Below are positions 17,428-27,082 of a stretch of 64,000 nucleotides of DNA, piece by piece (position 1 is the stretch's first letter; each line of letters opens with the position of its first letter). Source of the stretch: an uncultured Candidatus Saccharibacteria bacterium. Lineage in GTDB: Bacteria; Patescibacteriota; Minisyncoccia; Phycocordibacterales; UBA9973. The translations under genes were made by a program, and so were the position numbers. Below the pieces are notes generated by a model. It saw nothing but the letters and a program-made list of their open reading frames with translations, was not told where the DNA came from and made no database searches. Location of the stretch: assembly GCA_964520225.1 (NCBI GenBank), contig CAZFNV010000001.1, positions 72,210-136,209 on the forward strand. Direction: 5' to 3'.

Positions 17428-18723
17428 TTATTTTATTGTAGCGAGTAATATCGCTAAACTATTATTAAATCTATCAGCTGAATCCTCTAACACTCTTTTA
17501 ATATTGACCTCCTTGACTTCCACATTACCAATCACATTTATTTTTTCGAATAGAGGGTCGAAAAATAAATGAACCTCCTCAGGATATAACTCTTTCGTGA
17601 GGTGTAAAACATTAACAAATATTGGCTTAATTTCATCATTCCAAAAATCACGAGATTCTTGCGATAACATGTTTAATTTATCTGTTATTTCAGGCACCTC
17701 ATGGAATTTATAGGGGAGACTGGAAAGGGTTTTCCATATTTTATCGTCGCTTAAAATACCTTCTAAAAGAAGAATAATGCCTGGCACCAATAGAACTGAA
17801 GGGTTGTCGAGGTATCTCATTTCGATATAATCTTTTATGCGTATGTCGGTAAAAATAGTGGAATTATGGAATATATATGAATCGAGATTGGCATTATTTA
17901 AAAAACTCCGAAAAGGTAGCTCGCCGTGCAAAACCTTATATTCCCTATTTAATACATCAAAAATCGTCGGCGCGTCTAAAACTTTCTCAATGTAATCTTC
18001 GATTGCCCAGCGACCTTTTGCCCAAAAATCATTTCCGGGATCCCCGCATCTTTTCGGATCGGTATCGCGCCATACCATCTCTCGAAAAGAACGATACTTC
18101 TGAGTCTTGTCATTATAGACATGCGAATGAGACGAAAGAGCAAGCAACAATGGCTTCAAAAAAAGCAGACGGTTAACTTTTTCTTCTAAATCATTTTTTG
18201 AATTAAAATTAAAAGTGAGTTGCAGAGAAGTGGTGTCCCTCATCATGATTCTGCCAAGGGCGCCGGTGCCTTGAAAGTAGGTATCCATTATCTGGTAACG
18301 ATCCACAGGAAGAAGCGGCACGGAATTTACATCACCAATAGGAAATAAAGAAACATCACTAAAATTTATACCAAACTTTTCGGATAAAACTCTATAGGTT
18401 TGAAGTAGGTTCAAAAACTGTTTAACTAAAGACTGGGCATTTCCACTTCGGCAAGCGCTATACTCGAGCTGAGAACCTGGCTCCAGTGTAAATCTGACTC
18501 CATCTTTTTCAAAACCTACGGTTTTTCCAAATGGTGATGTTTTAAAACCCTTTTCGTAAACCAAATAATCAAAGATTTTTCTTAATCCTGAAATTTCTTT
18601 TCCGTTGTAAAAAAATAATCTCTGCTTATTTTTATCTAGGCAGAAAACTTCATATTCAAAGCCACAAGTTTTTTCATCTTGACCGGCGGTATGGTATTTT
18701 AGAATTTGCTGATAGGTAAGCAT
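17428..18723 (-). CDS. Glutamate-cysteine ligase family 2 / carboxylate-amine ligase (GshA/YbdK-like)
   Basis: FTLEPGSQLEYS resembles the GCS2 ITLEPGGQ.ELS signature. Gene order places it downstream of an ATP-grasp ligase and a DegT aminotransferase. Confidence 0.55.
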   Translation of the reverse strand: MLTYQQILKYHTAGQDEKTCGFEYEVFCLDKNKQRLFFYNGKEISGLRKIFDYLVYEKGFKTSPFGKTVGFEKDGVRFTLEPGSQLEYSACRSGNAQSLVKQFLNLLQTYRVLSEKFGINFSDVSLFPIGDVNSVPLLPVDRYQIMDTYFQGTGALGRIMMRDTTSLQLTFNFNSKNDLEEKVNRLLFLKPLLLALSSHSHVYNDKTQKYRSFREMVWRDTDPKRCGDPGNDFWAKGRWAIEDYIEKVLDAPTIFDVLNREYKVLHGELPFRSFLNNANLDSYIFHNSTIFTDIRIKDYIEMRYLDNPSVLLVPGIILLLEGILSDDKIWKTLSSLPYKFHEVPEITDKLNMLSQESRDFWNDEIKPIFVNVLHLTKELYPEEVHLFFDPLFEKINVIGNVEVKEVNIKRVLEDSADRFNNSLAILLATIK

Positions 18724-18725
18724 GG

Positions 18726-19715
18726 CTATTTAGATTTAATCTTTTCAATTTCGGCGAGGATTAATTTATAAAATTCTTCAGCAGGGTCGCGCCCCGCTTC
18801 TTTAAAAATTTCTTCATAATAACCGGGGAACGTATTTTCATCAACAATAACCGGTTTTCCATTATGAAATATCATATCAAAACCTATAACTTCGACACCG
18901 ATTGCCTTATAAGCTCTTAACGCCTCTTCTCGACATACTTGAGGCACTTCGCAACTATCAACTTCTCCGCCTATTTCGTTTGCGTCGTATACTTTCGTGG
19001 TTCCGTTTCCCATATCAGCCAACTTATTTTCTCTTTTCCTGTAACCATACATTATCTCACCATTGATAAGAGTTACACTGACCCATTCTTCGAGTTTATT
19101 TTCATAATATCTTTCCAATAGATATGCTTTGTCTGGCGTGGTTCTTGTAGTGCTGTCAATATAATCTGTAATATCACGTAGTGCAGCAAAGCTGTTTATT
19201 AAAGTGACCCCCTTGCCGAATCCGCCACGCCGCGGCTTCAAAACCGCCGCGCCCCATTCTTTCATAACGCGTTCGATATAGTGAAGATTTTTATAATCAA
19301 ATAAAACTGTTTCAGCTACCGAACCTCCGGCTTTTTTAATTGCCAAATGAGAAGCGTATTTATCCAATCCAATTTCAAAACCCATCGGATTGATTACCAC
19401 CTTAGTATCTTTGGATAATGTCTTCAACACATCAAGATCGTAACTACCTACACTTCTATCAACCTCGCAATACCAAAAGAAAATATCTAGATCATTTAAA
19501 CAAAAATTATCTACATATATCTTACCATCCTGAATAAAAGATTTTCTGAAATTTAAATCCCAATAAATATCCGCATCCTTAATGTCATTGATCATTTTTT
19601 CTAATTTTTGCTGTGTAGCCTTAGGTAAGCGTCCAATCCCGCCAAAATGGATTGAGGCACTTTGACCTTTCGATACTGGCGCCGGTATACAAAATCCTAC
19701 TTTAATTTTTTTCAT
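18726..19715 (-). CDS. ATP-grasp ligase (RimK / glutathione-synthetase-like)
   Basis: KPRRGGFGKGV ATP-grasp glycine-rich loop, with the C-terminal Mg/ATP-binding region. Confidence 0.6.
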   Translation of the reverse strand: MKKIKVGFCIPAPVSKGQSASIHFGGIGRLPKATQQKLEKMINDIKDADIYWDLNFRKSFIQDGKIYVDNFCLNDLDIFFWYCEVDRSVGSYDLDVLKTLSKDTKVVINPMGFEIGLDKYASHLAIKKAGGSVAETVLFDYKNLHYIERVMKEWGAAVLKPRRGGFGKGVTLINSFAALRDITDYIDSTTRTTPDKAYLLERYYENKLEEWVSVTLINGEIMYGYRKRENKLADMGNGTTKVYDANEIGGEVDSCEVPQVCREEALRAYKAIGVEVIGFDMIFHNGKPVIVDENTFPGYYEEIFKEAGRDPAEEFYKLILAEIEKIKSK

Positions 19716-20908
19716 ACTTTAATATCTATTAAGGTCGAAATAATAGTTTCTGCGATATAATCAAGATGATTCTTACGAAAGAAAACAGGCAACCTCATAT
19801 CGCACGCGAATTCAAGCATTACTTTTGTTTTCTCCAATGAAGGAATTTTTCCGATATATTTCCAATTCCAAAAAACTCTCGCATTGTCTGGATGAACACC
19901 AAAAACATATAGTGAGATACCGCATCTTCGTACTCTATCCATGAATGTTTTTGTTTGACTTAGTGTTAGTCCCTCAAGATTAAATTGGATAGAATCCGGA
20001 GCCATTCTTTCTCTTGAGTCAGGTTTTGGTATTTTTATATTTTGAGACATGGAAAGCTTGCTTACTAAATAACGATAGTTTTCGTTATAGATAGCAACTT
20101 TTTTCTCTATTTCTTTAATTTGACATCTAATGATTGCCGCAGAAACATTATTCATTCTTAGGTTAAAAGCTGGAAGAATATTTTTATATCGTTCAAAAAG
20201 CTTACTGTTCATAAAATGTTTTTCGTACATCTTTTCGTATGCACCGGACAGATAAATTGCTTTTACTATAATTTCTTCATCATCAGTGACCAACAGACCT
20301 CCCTCGCCTGCATTGATAATTTTATATGATTGAAAACTATAACAGCCAACTCTTCCAAAAGTTCCCACTGGTTTGTTATTCCACAAAACGCCTAAACTAT
20401 GCGCGGAATCCTCAATAAGAATAATCCCGTTATCTTTACACAATTTAACGATACGATCCATATCCGAAGTGTGACCCCTCATATGAGACAGAAGTAAAAC
20501 TTTTGTTTCTGCGGATATTTTTTTCTTTAAATCTTCTATATCTACGACGTATCTTTTATCGCACTCAACAAGTATAGGTATTGCGCCAACATGTAGTATG
20601 GCACTAGGAACAGCGGTAAAGGTAAAGGCAGGCACTAAAACTCTATCGCCAGGCTTAACACCACAACTAATAAGCGCGAGAAACATTGCGCTGCTGCAAG
20701 AGTTAAGAGCAAGGGCATATTTAACTCCAAGATATTTCGTAAAATCTTTTTCCAGTAAGGCCGCCTCTGAGTCTTGTGGCTTATCGCCAATATATCGGAA
20801 TAAATTTCCACTTTTTAAAATTTGGCTGACCCGCACAAGAGCCTCTTTTGGTATAGGATCAGCTCGATGAAAATCACTGATAGAAAGTCTGAATTTTTTA
20901 CTTTTCAT
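19712..20908 (-). CDS. DegT/DnrJ/EryC1/StrS-family PLP-dependent aminotransferase
   Basis: IEDSAHSLG..., FSFQSYKII (PLP lysine) and the overall fold-type I pattern. Confidence 0.75.
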   Translation of the reverse strand: MKSKKFRLSISDFHRADPIPKEALVRVSQILKSGNLFRYIGDKPQDSEAALLEKDFTKYLGVKYALALNSCSSAMFLALISCGVKPGDRVLVPAFTFTAVPSAILHVGAIPILVECDKRYVVDIEDLKKKISAETKVLLLSHMRGHTSDMDRIVKLCKDNGIILIEDSAHSLGVLWNNKPVGTFGRVGCYSFQSYKIINAGEGGLLVTDDEEIIVKAIYLSGAYEKMYEKHFMNSKLFERYKNILPAFNLRMNNVSAAIIRCQIKEIEKKVAIYNENYRYLVSKLSMSQNIKIPKPDSRERMAPDSIQFNLEGLTLSQTKTFMDRVRRCGISLYVFGVHPDNARVFWNWKYIGKIPSLEKTKVMLEFACDMRLPVFFRKNHLDYIAETIISTLIDIKV

Positions 20909-21038
20909 ATTATTTCAGCAAATCTTACATGGAAACGCTCAACGCTCTGGTGATTTTCGCCCAAGTTCGAGCGCCTAGCTTATTCACTGCACTACTTTCA
21001 TCCTTCATGGATGTAGTGTATTTAATATCCGCCTTCTT

Positions 21039-21109
21039 TCGGGCCGCCGCGAATCGAACGCGGTCTAAACGGTCCCAAACCGCTTGTACTACCGGTATAC
21101 TACGGCCCG
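21039..21109 (-). tRNA. tRNA-Pro (anticodon UGG), 71 nt
   Basis: Hand-folded: acceptor CGGGCCG/CGGCCCG, anticodon stem AGCGG/CCGTT with loop TTTGGGA (G37), T-arm CCGCG-TTCGATT-CGCGG. The track ORF 20925..21116 overlaps it and is spurious. Confidence 0.8.
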
Positions 21110-21134
21110 CTCTCACGTTAACTTGCGCAGTATA

Positions 21135-21545
21135 TCATAAAATTATATCGCTTACCACTTTTACACGGGCAGTTTTATTTTTCATATCCATATACACCAC
21201 CAGCAGGTCTACTTGCCACTCCGTGTCATCAGGAATATTCTTAGACAGCAAGTAGGTTTGGACTGTTCTTGATAGGCGTTTCATTTTCCACGGATGCATA
21301 TTATCTTCTGGCTTATACCCAGACGTTTCACGAATAACTTCCCCCTTAAAAATATCAGTCGAAACACTCTTTACCTCCACAAAGTGTATTTTGCCTAACT
21401 TCTGAGCCACTACATCTATTTCTCCCCACTTTTTTGTGTAATTTCTCTCTATTATAGAAAAATCATGTTTCATAAGAAACTTTACGGCAATATTTTCGCC
21501 AGTTTCGCCTATTTTTTGTTTCTCTGAAGTAAAAACTTTAGGCAT
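21135..21545 (-). CDS. yraN: YraN family (UPF0102) endonuclease
   Basis: GEIDVVAQKLGKIHFVEVKS core. Confidence 0.6.
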   Translation of the reverse strand: MPKVFTSEKQKIGETGENIAVKFLMKHDFSIIERNYTKKWGEIDVVAQKLGKIHFVEVKSVSTDIFKGEVIRETSGYKPEDNMHPWKMKRLSRTVQTYLLSKNIPDDTEWQVDLLVVYMDMKNKTARVKVVSDIIL

Positions 21546-21773
21546 AATAGCCAGGTTTCATGAAAAACATATCTTTTATATGTTTCACATGAAACAAAGT
21601 AGTGATTTTTTGTGTCTTTTACTATTATAACCTTATTTTATAAGGATATTTTTAATAAAAAGCACTTTAAAGACAGATTTGCAAACTGTCCTTTATAAAC
21701 ATTACAAACATAGTTATCCCCAGAAACTGGGTAAAACCTTGCTTTATAAGGAATAATTTAAAAGGACATTGTT

Positions 21774-21848
21774 TGGTGCACCCGGAGGGATTCGAACCCC
21801 CAATGACAGTTCCGAAGACTGTAGTGATATCCATTTCACCACGGGTGC
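21774..21848 (-). tRNA. tRNA-Arg (anticodon UCG), 75 nt with encoded CCA
   Basis: Hand-folded: acceptor GCACCCG/CGGGTGC perfect, D-stem GTGA/TCAC, anticodon stem ACAGT/ACTGT with loop CTTCGGA, T-loop TTCGAAT. Confidence 0.75.
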
Positions 21849-21986
21849 ATTATATAGAAAATACAACAATAATTATATATCATAATACTAAATTAGTAAA
21901 ATATCCTTGTATTATAAAGCTAAGTTTGAAATTGCAAAATCTTTATAAAAATATTATAATCTCTGTAGTCATTATAAATAATGCTG

Positions 21987-22057
21987 GCGGTCATGGTTTA
22001 GTGGTAGAACACGTCCTTGCCAAGGATGAGACGGGAGTTCGATTCTCCCTGGCCGCA
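21987..22057 (+). tRNA. tRNA-Gly (anticodon GCC), 71 nt
   Basis: Hand-folded: acceptor GCGGTCA/TGGCCGC, anticodon stem CGTCC/GGATG with loop TTGCCAA, T-arm GGGAG-TTCGATT-CTCCC. The track ORF starting at 22017 begins inside it. Confidence 0.8.
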
Positions 22058-22061
22058 CAAA

Positions 22062-23609
22062 ACAAAATTGGACAAAAGGACAGATTTAATATCCAGGGTT
22101 CCAGAAAAAGTTTCATATGTAACCAGCACTCTGGAAAAAGCTGGTTTTGAAGCCTATCTAGTGGGTGGGTGTGTGCGAGATCTAGTTTTGGGCAGGGAAC
22201 CGAAAGATTGGGATGTGACAACAAATGCCAAGCCAGAACAGATAATAGAGCTATTCGAAAAAACAGTGTATGAAAACACATTTGGCACAGTGGGGGTGTG
22301 TGTTATTCGTGAAACAGCTAAAAATAGCGTTATTCATGAAACACCGGAGTATGAGATCATTGAGGTTACTCCTTACAGAATAGAAGGTAAATATAGCGAT
22401 TTTAGACACCCAGAGGAGGTGAAATTCGCAGATAAGATAGAAGAAGACCTAAAAAGACGTGATTTCACGGTAAACGCCCTAGCTCTAGACTCTAAAGGAC
22501 ACTTAGTAGACTTGTTTGAGGGTATAAAGGACATAAAAGATTCTTCGTTACGGACAGTGGGGGAGCCGGTGGACAGGTTTACCGAAGATCCTCTGCGCAT
22601 GCTCCGCGCTGTGCGCTTTGCCTGCCAACTAAACTTTTCGATATCCAACGAAACTTCTGAATGTATTGCAAAAAACTCGGAGTTGATAGGAAAAATATCT
22701 TCGGAAAGAATACGCGACGAGTTCACAAAAATATTAATGACGGAAAATGCTAGTATGGGTATAGTTCTACTTCAAAAGCTTGGCTTATTGAAGCATTTTA
22801 TTCCTGAGTTTGAGGAAGGAATAGGTTGCATGCAAGAAGGGGAACACATCTATGATGTATGGGGGCACCTGCTCACTTCACTCCAACACTCTGCTAATAA
22901 AAACTGGCCACTTGAGACAAGACTCTCCGCACTTTTTCATGACATAGGCAAGCCCCGCACTAGACGAATCTCTGGTAGCGCCACCAAGAAGAAATACACC
23001 TTCTACGGCCATGAAGTAGTGGGCGCCCGCATGACAGAAAAGATACTTGAAAGATTAAAATTTCCCAGAAAAGAAATAGAGCTAGTAACTAAAATGGTTC
23101 GCCATCACATGTTCTTTTCTGATACGGAACAAATCACCCTGTCAGCAGTGAGGCGCATAATAACCAAAGTAGGCAGAGACAACATTTGGCTTCTAATGAA
23201 TGTGCGTGAGTGCGACAGAGTAGGCACAAATAAGAAAGAAACTTCTTATCGCCTTCGCAAATATTTCGCCATGATCGAAGAAGCTCTGCGTGACCCTATA
23301 TCAGTGGCTCAACTCAAAATAAATGGGGAATACATGATAAAGGAACTCGGCATCACGCCAGGTCCCAGAATGGGGTACATATTAAACGCCCTACTCGAAG
23401 AGGTGCTGGACGCGCCAGAAAAAAATACAGTAGAACACCTTTCAGAACTAGTGAGATCACTCGACATGCTCGGCGACAAAGAGTTGAAGGCCCTCGGCGA
23501 CCGCGGAAAAGAAAAGAAAGAAGAACTCGAAGAGCAAGAGGTGGAGAAATTACATCAAAAACACGGAGTGAGCTCGGGCAAGGGAACCGAACGCAAGGCC
23601 GGAGCCTGA
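22062..23609 (+). CDS. cca: CCA-adding tRNA nucleotidyltransferase with HD domain and a Lys/Glu-rich C-terminal tail
   Basis: GGCVRDLVLGREPKDWDV head-domain motif and LFHDIGKP HD motif. The track start (TTG 22017) lies inside tRNA-Gly; the likely start is the in-frame TTG at 22062 just after the tRNA (start uncertain). Confidence 0.7.
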   Translation, partial: TKLDKRTDLISRVPEKVSYVTSTLEKAGFEAYLVGGCVRDLVLGREPKDWDVTTNAKPEQIIELFEKTVYENTFGTVGVCVIRETAKNSVIHETPEYEIIEVTPYRIEGKYSDFRHPEEVKFADKIEEDLKRRDFTVNALALDSKGHLVDLFEGIKDIKDSSLRTVGEPVDRFTEDPLRMLRAVRFACQLNFSISNETSECIAKNSELIGKISSERIRDEFTKILMTENASMGIVLLQKLGLLKHFIPEFEEGIGCMQEGEHIYDVWGHLLTSLQHSANKNWPLETRLSALFHDIGKPRTRRISGSATKKKYTFYGHEVVGARMTEKILERLKFPRKEIELVTKMVRHHMFFSDTEQITLSAVRRIITKVGRDNIWLLMNVRECDRVGTNKKETSYRLRKYFAMIEEALRDPISVAQLKINGEYMIKELGITPGPRMGYILNALLEEVLDAPEKNTVEHLSELVRSLDMLGDKELKALGDRGKEKKEELEEQEVEKLHQKHGVSSGKGTERKAGA

Positions 23610-23670
23610 CGAGGCGAGGAGGGTTCGCAAGATTTTTCAGCAGAAAAATACTTGTGAAAGGAAATAAAAC

Positions 23671-25350
23671 TTACGAAACTTCTTGCTGATAACAAGGCTC
23701 GCAGTAGATTATTTCTTTACGGTCGGGGGAGTAAGCTGTTTCGAATTCTGTTCTACATTTTTCAGCGCCGTGAATATGATTTTTTAGATCACACATGCAA
23801 GCGCGAGCCCAGAGTTTACGTGGGTTGCGTTTTTTCATACGGTCTTGATGCCGGCACTCGAAGTCTTTGCGTGGCAGGGGAATGTTCATCCGCCTGTAAA
23901 AGGCGAGCTCACCGCGAGTAATGCGAAAATTCTTTTTACAATCTTGACACACTAGTACTTGGCTTAAAATATCATCACTAACTTCGCCTATAGTTCCCGG
24001 CATCGCATCTTCAGTAACAGTTTCTTGGCCATAGGTGCCGGTAGTTTTTTCTTGCCAATTGAACCCTCGCGCCCTGGCTTCTGCCTCGGTGATTTTGTAG
24101 TGATCGAAGCCAAGAGTCTCGTTAAAACCAAAAGGAGAGAAGGTGGAAGGGAAAAATTGGCCGTAAGTTCCATCTTTTTTCATGGTTTCGTAAATATCAT
24201 TTCTGATTTGCTCATATTCTTCTTTCGAATATTCTTTATTCAAAACCATATATTGACCCTTGCGAATAGCATTGCACCCGATAGCACTGGATAGGTTGTG
24301 ACAATTTTCAGAATACTCAACTTCATTGCAGTAAAAAATATATGCGCAATTTTTTGACTTACTGCACTGTAGCGCACCCATAATGTTGTAGCAAAGTTCG
24401 TTTTTGTAATAAAAGTTATTACAATCCATGCTGTCCATAGACTCTTCGGTGTCTGCAACATATGAACAATTTTTAGACCCAGTAGTGTCAAAAATTCTGA
24501 CGCCATCGTGGCAATTATGCATATAGTCTCCAGTGACATTATTACATTTTGTTTGTGAGGAGAACTTGAAAATACTTTTTTTCTTCAGCTCTTCAAATTG
24601 CTGTTTGGCTTTTTGTATATTTTCATAACTTGAAAAGATTTCCTGCTTTTTCTTTTCGAATTCTTCTTTGGAATATTTGACGTTTAAAATAGCGTTTGAT
24701 AAGTTGCGCCCATTTACACAAAAGATACAGTTGTTGGAGTTACGGACGTTATAACAGAAAACAAGATCAGAGGAGGATTGGCATTGCTCAGAGTACATAC
24801 ACTTGAAACATTCACGCGTATCTACACACTCATAGCATAATTCAGACTGATGTATGAAGGCGCAGTCAACACAAGATTTGCATTTCTGGATCAAGCGACT
24901 GTACATACAGTCTTCATTGTACTCAGCGGCGAAAATTAAGTAGCAGTCTTTGTTGTCAGAAGCGCCATTCGTATATTCACTACGAACAGAGTTAAGGGCC
25001 ACCAATGCAAGACGAGGAACTTTGAGCTGAAGCTCTCTGTACTGTTCAAAAAAAGGTGCGCCTTTCTTATATTCTTGCCCGAAATCTTTCGGATCCCACT
25101 TATCACTCCACCAGCACTCATGACAGTACACAGGGAATTGTGAATCCTTCGCATAGAGAGAAACAATATCCTTGGAACACATATCGCACGATCGCTTGTA
25201 AAAAGTTCTTTCGTTTCTGAAAGCCAAGCGCTTCATGGCCCTACAATCAGGACAGTCGACTGGTGGAGGAACTTTAACTTGCTCGTAAAAAATCGTATCG
25301 GCTTTTCTTATCTCAAACCCATTCCCGCAAGTTTTACAATTTTTTTGCAT
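23671..25350 (-). CDS. Large cysteine-rich protein (~60 Cys) with homologous zinc-ribbon modules at both termini and a central array of degenerate Cys-containing repeats; unknown function
   Basis: N-terminal CKTCGNGFEI...PVDCPDCRAMKRLAFRNERTFYKRSC..C and C-terminal CQDCKKNFRI...FECRHQDRMKKRNPRKLWARACMC align with each other. The centre has repeated ~14-aa NC..-type units. No signal peptide. Confidence 0.55.
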   Translation of the reverse strand: MQKNCKTCGNGFEIRKADTIFYEQVKVPPPVDCPDCRAMKRLAFRNERTFYKRSCDMCSKDIVSLYAKDSQFPVYCHECWWSDKWDPKDFGQEYKKGAPFFEQYRELQLKVPRLALVALNSVRSEYTNGASDNKDCYLIFAAEYNEDCMYSRLIQKCKSCVDCAFIHQSELCYECVDTRECFKCMYSEQCQSSSDLVFCYNVRNSNNCIFCVNGRNLSNAILNVKYSKEEFEKKKQEIFSSYENIQKAKQQFEELKKKSIFKFSSQTKCNNVTGDYMHNCHDGVRIFDTTGSKNCSYVADTEESMDSMDCNNFYYKNELCYNIMGALQCSKSKNCAYIFYCNEVEYSENCHNLSSAIGCNAIRKGQYMVLNKEYSKEEYEQIRNDIYETMKKDGTYGQFFPSTFSPFGFNETLGFDHYKITEAEARARGFNWQEKTTGTYGQETVTEDAMPGTIGEVSDDILSQVLVCQDCKKNFRITRGELAFYRRMNIPLPRKDFECRHQDRMKKRNPRKLWARACMCDLKNHIHGAEKCRTEFETAYSPDRKEIIYCEPCYQQEVS

Positions 25351-25360
25351 AAAATTAAAT

Positions 25361-27052
25361 CTATCTCGAGTGTTGCTGACGTTCTTCTAGGTACTTTAAA
25401 TGTTTTTGTTTTTCCTCCTCAAAAGCTTCGGCTCGAACACCGTGGTTCTGAACCATACCTGAAGCATACTGAGCACCCAGGTATTGAGGCATAACCACAA
25501 AAGACGCACCGTGTTCGTAGAGCTCTTTCGTGTTTTGGATATCATGCGAAACCACAATTATAATCCCATTAGGGTTGTGATTGTGGTAGTAGGTCACTAA
25601 TCCAAGATTCGTTTTAAAATCCGGTATAGTGGAAATTACTATTTCTGCATCTCGCATTTTTATTTCTTCTAAAAAGTTCACATCATCTGCATCACCATAG
25701 CGATGGGGGATACCACTAGCTCGCATCTTTTCTATCGAACCCGGGTCGAAATCAACGACCAGATGTTTGCTGTGCATCCGCTCAGCCACGTTCACGAAGT
25801 CATATCCCACTCGATCATAACCAAAAATAATCATATTATAAACCTCCGAAACATCGGTATCCTCGCCTTCGGCAAAATTTTTACGAAATTCTAAAAGTTT
25901 TAATATAGGCCTAACTCGAGAATATATTTTGTCAGCATACAAAATCAAATATGTTGAACCACCGATAGTTACGATACCTACGAGAGTGACTAATGAGACT
26001 ACCTCCTGACTAATGTGTCCGAAGGAGAAACCGAGCGCCATTAAGATAAGAGAGAACTCACTAATCTGGGCTACTGTAAGTCCAGCTAAAAAACCTGTCC
26101 GACTCTTATAGCCGAGCAGATTCATAAGGACAATCACGATAATAGGATTACCTATCAAAATAAATAAGGAAAGGATAAGGGCTGGAACTATTAGGGTAGC
26201 TACATTTGAAATAACGATCTGCGAACCAAGCACCACAAAGAATAGTAGGACGAAAAAATCCCGCAGAGGTTTCAGGCGCGAACCTATTTCCTGTGAAAAT
26301 GGAGAAACTGAAAGCAAAACACCTGCCACTAAAGCGCCGATCTCCAAAGAAAAACCGAGGTGATAAAAAACCCCAGCCATACCCAAACCCCAAGTTATCG
26401 AGAAAAGAAAAAGCGCTTCTTGTGATTTAGCTAAAAAGGTGGAGAGTTTAGGCAAAACATATCTACTAATTAAGTATAAAAACAGGAAGAACAATAGCCC
26501 TCGCAAAAACATCAGAGTAATATTCTGATCTGCACCCTTGGCCGAAGAACCATATAGCGAAACAAGGAGGAGAATAGCTGTAGCTATTATGTCTTGTACC
26601 AGAAGAAAACCAACCGATATCTTGCCGTAAAGCTTCTGCAAATCTCCTTTATCTGACAGAAGCTTCAAGATGATTATGGTGCTACTGAAAGTCAGCGCTA
26701 TGCCGGCATATAGAGAAGCCGTAACTCCGAATCCTAACACTCGCATAAGCATGAAACCAAAAATAGAAGTAACAACAACTTGCCCAAGTCCAGTAATGAG
26801 TGACACTTTACCGACCTCCCTTATTATGTCCGGCCTTAAGCTTAGCCCCACCACAAACAACAGTATGGCAATGCCAAGCTTCGAAAAGAGTTCAATATAT
26901 TCAATACTGGTAATTATGTTGAGCGCATATGGTCCAACCAGTATTCCGCTTAAGATGTACCCCACGATCAGAGGCTGTCGCAGAAATCTCATCAACACAG
27001 AAACCACCGTAGCAACACCTAAGATAAGAACAATTTCTGTAAATACATACAT
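25361..27052 (-). CDS. Kef-type monovalent cation:proton antiporter (CPA2) with C-terminal RCK/TrkA-N domain
   Basis: A 12-13 TM Na/H-exchanger domain followed by IIFGYDRVGYDF (Rossmann GxGxxG-like RCK). Confidence 0.8.
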   Translation of the reverse strand: MYVFTEIVLILGVATVVSVLMRFLRQPLIVGYILSGILVGPYALNIITSIEYIELFSKLGIAILLFVVGLSLRPDIIREVGKVSLITGLGQVVVTSIFGFMLMRVLGFGVTASLYAGIALTFSSTIIILKLLSDKGDLQKLYGKISVGFLLVQDIIATAILLLVSLYGSSAKGADQNITLMFLRGLLFFLFLYLISRYVLPKLSTFLAKSQEALFLFSITWGLGMAGVFYHLGFSLEIGALVAGVLLSVSPFSQEIGSRLKPLRDFFVLLFFVVLGSQIVISNVATLIVPALILSLFILIGNPIIVIVLMNLLGYKSRTGFLAGLTVAQISEFSLILMALGFSFGHISQEVVSLVTLVGIVTIGGSTYLILYADKIYSRVRPILKLLEFRKNFAEGEDTDVSEVYNMIIFGYDRVGYDFVNVAERMHSKHLVVDFDPGSIEKMRASGIPHRYGDADDVNFLEEIKMRDAEIVISTIPDFKTNLGLVTYYHNHNPNGIIIVVSHDIQNTKELYEHGASFVVMPQYLGAQYASGMVQNHGVRAEAFEEEKQKHLKYLEERQQHSR

Positions 27053-27082
27053 GCCTTTAAATATAGCACGTGAACAAGAAAA

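Noticed and set aside
20925-21116. 63-aa minus-strand ORF from the track
   Set aside because: It overlaps the hand-folded tRNA-Pro(UGG) at 21039-21109; the elevated GC here comes from the tRNA, not a protein.
22017-22061. Track start (TTG) of the cca ORF
   Set aside because: It lies inside tRNA-Gly(GCC); the start was moved to the in-frame TTG at 22062 (still uncertain).
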